The notes under the pieces were generated by a model. That model was not told the DNA's origin. It made no database searches and saw only the letters and a program-made list of their open reading frames with translations. The position numbers and the translations under genes were made by a program. 64,000 bases of DNA from Eledone cirrhosa (lineage: Eukaryota), in assembly GCA_964016885.1 (NCBI GenBank), contig OZ024760.1:35092001-35156000 (forward strand). The letters are read 5' to 3'. This document shows, one piece after another, positions 43,001 through 55,700 of the stretch (its first letter is position 1; the number at the start of each line of letters is the position of its first letter).

Positions 43001-44585
43001 ATATTAAAATATAACCTAATGTTTGTTGAGTGAGATGGTTACCAGTTAGAGATTAGTTTTAAACTATCTCTGTTATTGTATTAATATTTTACTCTGGATT
43101 GGCCAGAGGTGTTTATTTCCAGGTACCTTATAAACTTGACTTTCCGTATTTATTACTGTTGTGCGATATTGTGGTTTTTATTGGTTGTAACTTCTCTGTT
43201 TTTTAGCCTAAGAAAATATATATATGCCTATGTATATAATTACATGCATACATTTATTTTTTTTAATTGATTGAGTTCTTTACACGAGGAATTGATATTA
43301 GTTTTGAAATAACTAATTAACCCGCGTGTGCTTTATATTTTACTCTTAATTCGCACGGAGATTTTCATTCCCATTTGCCCTTTAAAGCATAACTATCCGT
43401 ATTTACTACGGTTACGAGATGCGGTTTCTTATTCAGGTACAACCTCTGATTTAGCCTAAGAAAATATCTATATGCGTGTGTAATTTATACACGCATATAT
43501 TTATTTTTTTAATTTCAATTGAGTTCTTAACACGTTGGATTGATAATGTGTTCGAAAAAACTGTTTAACCCGCGTGTATATTATTTTTTTCCTCCTTTCG
43601 TGGATCGTGGTTGTCTCCTCTTCCCGCTTAGTGATGCTAAAATACTTCCTTAGTCAAAAACTGCTGGAATTTCAAATTTGCCGGTCACTCGATGCTTGAA
43701 GGAGCAGCTTAACAGACACGATTTTTAACTACGGTAAGAAAATTTTTTTTTCTTATATCAAAGTTTAATGGGCTTCCACTGATGATTTATAAACGCCTAC
43801 CTAAATATATTCTTACATGAATGTATATTAGGCTTCTACATAAACTGGAAATATTCTCCGAATTTGTAGAAAACTTATAATGAAACAATTGTTTGGAAAG
43901 AGAGATATATTTTAACTTTAATTATATCTCACAAAATAATACAACTGGCTTTTCCACATAATACATATTGTTAGCACCCCGAACACTTAAATTGGGTTTA
44001 TATTAAAATATAACCTAATGTTTGTTGAGTGAGATGGTTACCAGTCAGAGATTAGCTTTAAACTATCTCTGTTATTGTATTAATATTTTACTCTTGATTG
44101 GCCAGATGTGTTTATTTCCAGGTACCTTATAAATTTGACTTTCCGTATTTATTACTGTTGTGCGATATTGTGCTTTTTATTGGTTGTAACTTCTCTGTTT
44201 TTTAGGCTAAGAAAATATATATATGCCTATGTATATAATTACATGCATACATTTATTTTTTTAAATTAATTGAGTTCTTTACACGAGGAATTGATATTAG
44301 TTTTGAAATAACTAATTAACCCGCGTGTGTTTTATATTTGACTCTTAATTCGGCCGGAGATTTACATTCCCATTTGCCCTTTAAAGCATAACTTTCCGTA
44401 TTTACTACGGTTACGAGATGCGGTTTCTTATTCAGGTACAACCTCCGATTTAGCCTAAGAAAATATCGATATGCGTGTGTAATTTATACACGCATATATT
44501 TATCTTTTTAATTTCAATTGAGTTCTTAACACGTTGGTTTGATAATGTTTTCGAAAAAACTGTTTAACACGCGTGTATATTATTT

Positions 44586-47500
44586 TTACCTATGTTGGGA
44601 GAGTGCCATTACCTATGTTAGCAGAGTGCCTTTACATATGTTAGGAGGGTGCCGTTACCTATGTTAGGAGGGTGCCTTTACCTATGTTGGAAGGATGCCA
44701 TTACCTATGTTGGAAGGATGCCGTTACCTTGTTGGGAGATTGCCGTTACCTATGTTGGGAGGGTGCCGTTACCTATGTTGGGAGGGTGCCATTACCTATG
44801 TTGGAAGGTGCCGTTACCTATGTTAGGAGGGTGTCGATACCTATGTTGGGAGAGTGCCGTTACCTATGTTGGGAGAGTGCCATTACCTATGTTAGGATAG
44901 TGCCGTTACCTATGTTGTGAGAGTGCCATTACTTATGTTAGGAGGGTTTCGTTACCTATGTTAGGAGGGTGCTTACCTATTTTGGAAATGTGCCATTACC
45001 TATGTTAGGAGGGTGCCATTACCTATGTTGGGAGAGTGCCATTACGTATGTTAGGAGGTGCCGTTACCTATTTTAGAAAGGTGCCATTACCTATGTTGGG
45101 AGAGTGCCGTTACCTATGTTGAGAGAGTGCCGTTACCTATGTTAGGAGGGTGCCGTTACATATGTTAGGAGGGTGCCGTTACCTATGTTGGGAGGGTACC
45201 GTTATCTATGTTGGGAGGGTGATGTTACCTATGTTGAGAGAGTGCCGTTACCTATGATGGGAGGGTGCCGTTAGCTATGTTGGGAGAGTGCCATTACCTA
45301 TGTTAGGAATGTGCCGTTACCTATGTTGAGAGAGTGCCATTACCTATGTTAGGAGGGTGCCATTACCTATGTTGGAAATGTGCCATTACCTATGTTAGGA
45401 GGGTGCCATTGCCTATGTTGGAAGGGTGCCGTTACCTATGTTGGGAGGGTGCCGTTACCTGTGTGGGGAGAGTGCCGTTACCTATGTTAGGAGGGTGCCG
45501 TTACCTATGTTGGGAGGATGCCGTTACCTATGTTGAGAGAGTGCCCTTACCTATGTTAGGAGGGTGCCGTTACCTATGTTAGGAGGGTGCCGTTACCTAT
45601 GTTAGGAGGGTGCCTTTACCTATGTTGGAAGGGTGCCATTACCTATGTTGGAAGGATGCCGTTACCTATGTTGGGTGGGTGCCGTTTCCTATGTTGAGAT
45701 AGTTCCATTACCTATTTTGGGAACGTGCCGTTACCTATGTTAGGAGGGTGCCATTACCTTTGTTGGAAGGGTACCGTTAACTATGTTGGGAAGGTGTCGT
45801 TACCAATGTTGGGAGAGTGCCGTTACCTATGTTGGGAGAGTGCCATTACCTATGTTGGGAAAGTGCCGTTACCTATGTTGGAAGGGTGCCATTACCTATG
45901 TTAGGAGGGTGGCGTTACCTATGTTGGGAAGGTGCCGTTACCTGTGTTGGGAGAGTGCCTTTACTTATGTTGGGAGTGTGCCGTTACCTATGTTGGGAGA
46001 GTGCTATTACCTATGTTAGGAGGGTGCCGTTACCTATGTGAGGAGGGTGCCATTACCTATGTTGTAAGGTTGCCATTACATACGTTAGGAGGGTGCCATT
46101 ACCTATGTTGGGAGAGTGCCATTACCTATATTAGGAGGATTCAGTTACCTATGTTGGGGGGGGGCGTTAACTATGTTGGGCGGGTGCCGTTACCTATGTT
46201 GGAAGGGTGCTGTTACCTATGTTGGGAGAGTGCCGTTACCTATGTTGGGAGAGTGCCATTACCTATGTTAGGAGGGTGCCGTTACCTATGTTTGGAGAGT
46301 GCTATTACCTATATTAGGAGGATTCCGTTACTTATGTTGGGAGGGTGCCGTTAACTATGTTGGGAGAGAGCCATTACCTATGTTAGAAGGGTGCCATTAC
46401 CCATATTAGGAGGGTGCCGTTATCTATGTTTGGAGGGTGCCGTTACCAATTTTAGGCAGGGTGCCATTACCTATGTTGGAAGGGTGCCGTTACCTATGTT
46501 GGGAAAGTGCCGTTACCAATGTTAGGAGGGTGTCGTTACCTATGTTAGGAGGGTGCAATTACCTATGTTGGAAAGGTGCCATTACCTATGTTAGGAGGGT
46601 GCCATTACCTATGTTAGGAGGGTGCCATTACCTATGTTGGGAGAGTGCCGTTACCTATGTTAGGAGGGTTCCGTTATCTATGTTGGGAGAGTGCCATTAC
46701 TTATGTTAGGAGGGTGCCGTGACCTATGTTGGGAGGGTGCCATTACCTTTGATGGAAGGGTAACGTTACCTATGTTACGAGAGTGCTGTTACTAATGTTG
46801 GGAGGGTGCCGTTACCTATGTTAGGAGAGTGCCCTTACCTATGTTGGGAGGGTGCCGTTACCTATGTTGGGAAAGTGCCGTTACCTATGTTAGGAGGGTG
46901 CCGTTACCTATGTTAGGAGGGTGCCGTTACCTATGTTGGGAGACTGCCATTACCTATGTTAGGAGGGTGCCGTTACCTATGTTAGGAGGGTGCTTTTACC
47001 TATGTTGGAAGGGTGCCATTACCTGTGTTGGGAGATTGCCGTTACCTATGTTGAGAGGGTGCCGTTACCTATGTTGAGAGAGTGCCATTACTTATGTTGG
47101 AAGAGTGCCATTACCTACGTTGGGAGGGTGCCGTTACCTATGTTGGAAGAGTGCCATTAACTATGTTAGGAGGGTGTCGTTACCTATGTTGGGAGAGTGC
47201 CATTACTTATGTTAGGAGGGTGTCGTTACCTATGTTTGGAGGGTGCCATTACCTATGTTGGGAGAGTGTCGTTTCCTATGTTGGAAGGGTACCCTTACCT
47301 ATGTTCGAAGGATGCCGTTACCTATGTTGGGAGAGTGTCGTTTCCTATGTTGGAAGGGTACCCTTACCTATGTTCGAAGGATGCCGTTACCTATGTTGGG
47401 AGCTTGCCGTTACCTATGTTAGGACGGTACCGTTACCTATGTTGGGAGGGTGCCGTTACCTATTTTGGGAGAGTGCCGTTACCTATGTTGGGAGGGTTCC

Positions 47501-49730
47501 GTTACCATTGTTGGGAGACTGCCGTTACCAAATTTGGGAGGGTGCCGTTACCTATCTTGGGAGAGTGCCATTACCTATGTTAGGAGGCTGCCTTTGCCTA
47601 TGTTGGAAGTGGCCCGTTACCTATGTTAGGAGGGTGCCGTTATCTATGTTAAGAGAGTGCCGTTACCTATGTTAGGAGGGTGTCGTTAGCTATGTCAGGA
47701 GGGTGCCATTACCTATGTTGCGAGAGTGCCATTACCTATGTTAGGAGGGTGCATTACCTATTTTGCGAGACTGCCATTACCTATGTTAGGGAGGTGCCGT
47801 TACCTATGTTGCGAGGGTGCCATTACCTATGTTAGGAGTGTGCCGTTACCTATGTTGGAAGGGTGCCATTACCTATGTTAGGAGGGTGGCGTTACCTATG
47901 TTGGGAGGGTGCCATTACCTTTGTTGGGAGAGTGCCTTTCCTATGTTGGGAGTGTGCCGTTACCTATGTTGGGATAGTGCCATTACCTATGTAGGGAGGG
48001 TGCCGTTACCTATGTTGGAAGAGTGTCATTACCTATGTTAGGAGGGTGCCGTTACCTATGTTAGGAGAGTACCGTTACCTATGTTGGGAGGGTGCCGTTA
48101 CCTACGTTAGGAGGGTGCCATTACCTATGGTTTGAGAGTGCCATTACCTATATTAGGAGGATTCCGTTACCTATGTTGGGAGGGTGCCGTTAACTATGTT
48201 GAGAGAGTGCCGTTACCTATGTTGGAAGGTTGCTGTTACCTATGTTGGGAGAGTGCCATTACCTATGTTAGAAGGGTGCCGTCACCTATGTTGGGAGAGT
48301 GCCATTACCTATGTTAGGAGGGTGCCGTTACCTATGTTGGGAGAGTGCCATTACCTATATTAAGAGGATTCCGTTACCTATGTTGGGAGGGTGGCGTTAA
48401 CTATGTTGAGAGAGTGCCGTTACCTATGTTGGAAGGGTGCTGTTACCTATGTTGGGAGAGTGCCGTTACCTATGTTAGGAGGGTGCCGTTACATATGTTA
48501 GGAGGGTGCCGTTACCTATGTTGGGAGACAGCCATTACCTATGTTAGGAGGGTGCCGTTACCTATGTTGGGAGGGTGCCATTACCTATGTTGGGGGAGTA
48601 CCGTTACCTATGTTAGGAGGGTGCCACTCCTATGTTGGAAGGGTGCCGTAACCTATGGTAGGAGAGTGCCGTTACCTGTTTTGTGAGGGTGCCGTTACAT
48701 ATGTTGGGAGAGTGCCATTACGTTTGTTGCGAGGGTGCCGTTACCTATGTTGGGAGAGTGCCGTTACCTATGTTGGGAGAGTGCCGTTACCTATTTTGGG
48801 AGGGTGCCGTTACCTATGTTAGGAGGGTGCCGTTACCTATGTTGGGAGGGTGCCATTACCTATGTTGCGAGGGTGGCGTTACCTATGTTGGGAGAGTACC
48901 ATTACCTATGTTAGGAGGTGCCGTTACATATGTTTGGAGGGTGCCATTACCTATGTTGGGATAGTGCCGTTACCTATGTTGGGAGAGTGCCGTTACTTAT
49001 GTTAGGAGGGTGCCGTTACCGATGTTAGTAGGGTGTCTTTACCTATGTTGGAAGGGTGCCGTTACCTATGTTAGAAGGGTGTCGTTTCCTATGTTGGGAG
49101 GGTGCTGTTACCTAAGTTTGGAGAGTACTATTACCTATGTTGGGAGGGTGCCGTTACCTATGATGGGAGAATGCCATTACCTATGTTGGGAGGGTGCCAT
49201 TACCTATGTTGGGAGGGTGCCGTTACCTATGTTGGGAGGGTGCCGTTACCTATGTTTGGATGGTTGCCATTACGCATGTTGGGAGGGTGCCGATACCTAT
49301 GTTGGGAGAGTGCCAACACTTATGTTGGAAATGTGCGATTACCTATGTTAGGAGGGTGCCATTACCTATGTTGGGAGAGTGCTATTACCTATGTTGGGAG
49401 AATGCCAATACCTATGTTAGGAGGGTGCCGTTACCCATGTTAGGAGGGTCCCATTACCTATTCTGGGAGAGTGCCATTACCTATATTAGGAGGGTGCCAT
49501 TACCTATGTTGGGAGAGTTGCTTTACCTATGTTGGGAGTGTGCTGTTACCTAAGTTGGGAGAGTGCCATTACCTAAGTAGGGAGGGTGCCGTTACCTATG
49601 TTAGTAGAGTGCCGTTACCTACGTTAGGAGGGTGCTATTACCTATGTTGGGAGAGTGCCATTACTTATATTGGGAGGATGCCGTTAACTATGTTGGGAGA
49701 TCGCTGTTACCTATGTTGGGAGGGTGCCGT
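44586..49730 (+). repeat. 23-bp minisatellite, consensus TTACCTATGTTRGGAGRGTGCCR, ~224 copies
   Basis: Uninterrupted, diverged head-to-tail 23-mers over 5,145 bp with no spacers; G-rich on the + strand. Confidence 0.99.
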
Positions 49731-52700
49731 GTTTCGAAATCTAGAAAAAACGTAAAAAATTAATGCTTTAACAAATCTTTCGAAATATCTACTTTCTGGT
49801 TTTAAATTTTGCAGATTAAATTTTTTTCGAAAAACCTAAAAAAATCAGTTTTCGAAATCAGAAGTTGAAAAACGTTTGATGTTGAAACGTTCGAAAAACG
49901 CAATTTGAAAAACGCATATTAATTTTTTTTCGAAAACCTTATATAATCAATTTCTTTATACTTTTAGAAATATTTATATCTGATTTTAAATATTGATTTT
50001 TTTCGGTTATTCGAAAAAAATCTTATATAATCAATTTTTTTTAGGTTTTTCTAAAAAGAATGAATGTGTGTTCATAGTCGAAATATGCATTAATGTTTTT
50101 ACGTTTTTCTGATTTTTTGCATGTTTCGAAATCTAAAAAAAACGTAAAAAATTAATGCTTTAACAAATCTTTAGAAATATCTACTTTCTGGTTTCAAATT
50201 TTGCAGATTAAATTTTTTTGAAAAACCTAAAAAAATCAGTTTTCGAAATCAGAAGTTAATATTTCGAAAAACGCAACATGAAAAACGCATATTATTTTTT
50301 TTCGAAAACCTAATATAATCAATTTTTTTATAAATATCTATATCTGATTTCAAATATTGATTTTTTTAAGTTTTTAGAAAACCTTATATAATCAATTTTT
50401 TTAGGTTTTTCGAAAAAGAATGAATGGGAGTTCATAGTCGAAATATATACTTCTGCATTAATCTTGTTACGTTTTTCTGATTTTTTGCATGTTTCGAAAT
50501 CTAAAAAAAACGTAAAAAATTAATGCTATTACAAATCTTTCGAAATATTTACTTTCTGGTTTCAAATTTGGCAGATTAAATTTCTATCGAAAAACCTAAA
50601 ATAATCAGTTTTCGAAATCAGAAGTTAATATTTCGAAAAACGCAATTTTAAAATCGCATATTAATTTTTTTTCGAAAGTCAATTTTTTTATACCTTTAGA
50701 AATATTTATATCTGATTTTATATATTGATTTTTTTAGGTTTTTCGAAAAAAATCTTATATAATCAATTTTTTTTAGTTTTTTCGAAAAAGAATGAATGTG
50801 AGTTCATAGTCGAAATATATACTTCTGCATTAATCTTTTTACGTTTTTCTGATTTTTTGCATGTTTCGAAATCTAGAAAAAACGTAAAAAATTAATGCTT
50901 TTACAAATATTTCGAAATATTTACTTTCTGGTTTCAAATTTTGCAGATTAAATTTTTTTCGAAAAACCTAAAAAAATCAGTTTTCGAAATCAGAAGTTAC
51001 TATTTCGAAAAACGCAATTTGAAAAACGCATATTAATTTTTTTTCGAAAACCTTATATAATCAATTTTTTTATAGTTTTAGAAATATTTATAACTGATTT
51101 TAAATATTGATTTTTTTAGATTTTTTTTTTTTATATAATCAATTTATTTTAGGTTTTTAAAAAAAAAATGAATAGTCGAAATATATACTTTTTTTCTGAT
51201 TTTTAGCATATAAATCTAAAAAAACATAAAAAAATCAGTTTTCGAAATTAGATGTTAATATTTCGAAAAACGCAATTTTAAAAACGCATATTGATTTTAT
51301 TTCGAAAACCTTATATAATCAATTTTTTTATAAAAATTTATATCTGATTTCAAATATTGATTTTTTGAAGTTTTTCGAAAACCTTATATAATCAATTATA
51401 AACCTTATATAATCTTATTACGATTTTCTGATATTTTGCATGTAAATCTGAAAAAACATAAAAAAATTAGTTTTCGAAATTAGATGTTAATATTTCGAAA
51501 AACGCAATTTTAAAAACGCATATTGATTTTATTTCGAAAACCTTATATAATCAATTTTTTTATAAAAATTTATATCTGATTTCAAATATTGATTTTTTGA
51601 AGTTTTTCGAAAACCTTATATAATCAATTTTTTTTAGTTTTTTCGAAAAAGAATGAATGTGAGTTCATAGTCGAAATAAATATTTCTGCATTAATCATTT
51701 TACGTTTTTCTGATTTTTTGCATGTTTCGAAATCTAAAAAAAAACGTAAAAAATTAATGCTTTAACGAATCTTTAGAAATATCTACTTTCTGGTTTCAAA
51801 TTTTGCAGATTAAATTTTTTTGAAAAACCTGAAAAAATCAGTTTTCGAAATCAGAAGTTAATATTTCAAAAAACGCAACTTGAAAAACGCATATTATTTT
51901 TTTTCGAAAACCTAATATAATCAATTTTTTTATAAATATCTATATCTGATTTCAAATATTGATTTTTTTAAGTTTTTAGAAAACCTTATATAATCAATTT
52001 TTTTTAGTTTTTTCTAAATAGAATGAATGTGAGTTCATAGTCGAAATATATACTTCTGCATTAATCTTGTTACGTTTTTCTGATTTTTTGCATGTTTCGA
52101 AATCTAAAAAAAACGTAAAAGATTAAAGCTTTTACAAATCTTTGGAAATATTTACTTTTAAATTTTTTTCGAAAAACCTAAAAAATCAGTTTTCGAAATC
52201 AGAAGTTAATATTTCGAAAAACGCAATTTGAAAAACGCATATTAATTTTTTTTCGAAAGTCTTATATAATCAATTTTTTTATACTTTTAGAAATATTTAT
52301 ATCTGATTTCAAAGATTGATTTTTTTAGGTTTTTCGAAAACCTTATATAATCAATTTTTTTTAGGTTTTTCAAAAATGAATGAATAGTCGAAATATATAC
52401 TTCTGTATCAATATTTTTACGTTTTTCTGATTTTTGTCATGTTTCGAAATTCAAAAAAAACGTAAAAAATTAATGCTTTAACAAATCTTTAGAAATATCT
52501 ACTTTCTGGTTTCAAATTTTGCAGATTAAATTTTTTTGAAAAACCTAAAAAAATCAGTTTTCGAAATCAGAAGTTAATATTTCGAAAAAACGCAACTTGA
52601 AAAACGCATATTATTCTTTTTCGAAAACCTAATATAATCAATTTTTTTTAAATATCTATATCTGATTTAAAATATTGATTTTTTTAAGTTTTTATAAAAC

Positions 52701-55700
52701 CTTATATAATCAATTTTTTTTAGTTTTTTCTTTCGAAATATTTACTTTCTGGTTTCAAATTTGGCAGATTAAATTTCTATCGAAAAACCTAAAATAATCA
52801 GTTTTCGAAATCAGAAGTTAATATTTCGAAAAACGCAATTTTAAAATCGCATATTAATTTTTTTTCGAAAATCAATTTATTTATACCTTTAGAAATATTT
52901 ATATCTGATTTTATATATTGATTTTTTTAGGTTTTTCGAAAAAAATCTTATAGAATCAATTTTTTTTAGTTTTTTCGAAAAAGAATGAATGTGAGTTCAT
53001 AGTCGAAATATATACTTCTGCATTAATCTTTTTACGTTTTTCTGATTTTTTGCATGTTTCGAAATCTAGAAAAAACGTAAAAAATTAATGCTTTTACAAA
53101 TGTTTCGAAATATTTACTTTCTGGTTTCAAATTTTGCAGATTATATTTTTTTCGAAAAACCTAAAAAAATCAGTTTTCGAAATCAGAAGTTACTATTTCG
53201 AAAAACGCAATTTGAAAAACACATTAATTTTTTTTCGAAAACCTTATATAATCAATTTTTTTATAGTTTTAGAAATATTTATATCTGATTTCAAATATTG
53301 ATTTTTTTAGATTTTTTTTTTTTATATAATCAATTTATTTTAGGTTTTTCAAAAAAAAATGAATTTGAGATCATAGTCGAAATATATACTTTTTTTCTGA
53401 TTTTTAAAACATAAAAAAATCAGTTTTGGAAAACAGAAGTTAATATTTCGAAAAACGCAATTTAAAAACGCATATTATTTTTTTTCGAAAACCTTATATA
53501 ATCTTATTACGATTTTCTGATATTTTGCATGTAAATCTGAAAAAACATAAAAAAATTAGTTTTCGAAATTAGATGTTAATATTTCGAAAAACGCAATTTT
53601 AAAAACGCATATTGATTTTATTTCGAAAACCTTATATAATCAATTTTTTTATAAAAATTTATATCTGATTTCAAATATTGATTTTTTGAAGTTTTTCGAA
53701 AACCTTATATAATCAATTTTTTTTAGTTTTTTCGAAAAAGAATGAATGTGAGTTCATAGTCGAAATAAATATTTCTGCATTAATCATTTTACGTTTTTCT
53801 GATTTTTTGCATGTTTCGAAATCTAAAAAAAAACGTAAAAAATTAATGCTTTAACGAATCTTTAGAAATATCTACTTTCTGGTTTCAAATTTTGCAGATT
53901 AAATTTTTTTGAAAAACCTGAAAAAATCAGTTTTCGCAATCAGAAGTTAATATTTCAAAAAACGCAACTTGAAAAACGCATATTATTTTTTTTCGAAAAC
54001 CTAATATAATCAATTTTTTTATAAATATCTATATCTGATTTCAAATATTGATTTTTTTAAGTTTTTAGAAAACCTTATATAATCAATTTTTTTTAGTTTT
54101 TTCTAAAAAGAATGAATGTGAGTTCATAGTCGAAATATATACTTCTGCATTAATCTTGTTACGTTTTTCTGATTTTTTGCATGTTTCGAAATCTAAAAAA
54201 AACGTAAAAAATTAATGCTATTACAAATCTTTCGAAATATTTACTTTCTGGTTTCAAATTTGGCAGATTAAATTTCTATCGAAAAACCTAAAATAATCAG
54301 TTTTCGAAATCAGAAGTTAATATTTCGAAAAACGCAATTTTAAAATCGCATATTAATTTTTTTTCGAAAATCAATTTTTTTATACCTTTAGAAATATTTA
54401 TATCTGATTTTATATATTGATTTTTTTAGGTTTTTCGAAAAAAATCTTATATAATCAATTTTTTTTAGTTTTTTCGAAAAAGAATGAATGTGAGTTCATA
54501 GTCGAAATATATACTTCTGCATTAATCTTTTTACGTTTTTCTGATTTTTTGCATGTTTCGAAATCTAGAAAAAACGTAAAAAATTAATGCTTTTACAAAT
54601 ATTTCGAAATATTTACTTTCTGGTTTCAAATTTTGCAGATTAAATTTTTTTCGAAAAACCTAAAAAAATCAGTTTTCGAAATCTGAAGTTATTATTTCGA
54701 AAAACGCAATTTGAAAAACGCATATTAATTTTTTTTCGAAAACCTTATATAATCAATTTTTTTATAGTTTTAGAAATATTTATAACTGATTTCAAATATT
54801 GATTTTTTTAGATTTTTTTTTTTTATATAATCAATTTATTTTAGGTTTTTCAAAAAAAAATGAATTTGAGATCATAGTCGAAATATATACTTTTTTTCTG
54901 ATTTTTAGCATATAAATCTAAAAAAACATAAAAAAATCAGTTTTCGAAAACAGAAGTTAATATTTCGAAAAACGCAATTTAAAAACGCATATTATTTTTT
55001 TTCGAAAACCTTATATAATCTTATTACGATTTTCTGATATTTTGCATGTAAATCTGAAAAAACATAAAAAAATTAGTTTTCGAAATTAGATGTTAATATT
55101 TCGAAAAACGCAATTTTAAAAACGCATATTGATTTTATTTCGAAAACCTTATATAATCAATTTTTTTATAAAAATTTATATCTGATTTCAAATATTGATT
55201 TTTTGAAGTTTTTCGAAAACCTTATATAATCAATTTTTTTTAGTTTTTTCGAAAAAGAATGAATGTGAGTTCATAGTCGAAATAAATATTTCTGCATTAA
55301 TCATTTTACGTTTTTCTGATTTTTTGCATGTTTCGAAATCTAAAAAAAAACGTAAAAAATTAATGCTTTAACGAATCTTTAGAAATATCTACTTTCTGGT
55401 TTCAAATTTTGCAGATTAAATTTTTTTGAAAAACTTGAAAAAATCAGTTTTCGAAATCAGAAGTTAATATTTCAAAAAACGCAACTTGAAAAACGCATAT
55501 TATTTTTTTTCGAAAACCTAATATAATCAATTTTTTTATAAATATCTATATCTGATTTCAAATATTGATTTTTTTAAGTTTTTAGAAAACCTTATATAAT
55601 CAATTTTTTTTAGTTTTTTCTAAAAAGAATGAATGTGAGTTCATAGTCGAAATATATACTTCTGCATTAATCTTGTTACGTTTTTCTGATTTTTTGCATG

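Larger units (their letters stand above)
1529..44585 (+). repeat. Tandem satellite array, ~997-bp monomer, ~43 copies (Sat-1k)
   Basis: The landmark gggcttccactgatga recurs at ~1-kb steps (core at 2105, ~3104, 4095 ... 41962, 42781, 43779; 43 copies counted by eye). Monomers differ by only a few percent, and one monomer near 42.3 kb is shortened. Confidence 0.99.

Noticed and set aside
44586-49730. CRISPR array or Cys-rich repeat protein (RVPLPMLGGCRYLCWEGAVTYVG)
   Set aside because: The repeats abut with no unique spacers and there are no cas genes. The same peptide appears in all three frames because 23 is not divisible by 3, and TAG stops are frequent.
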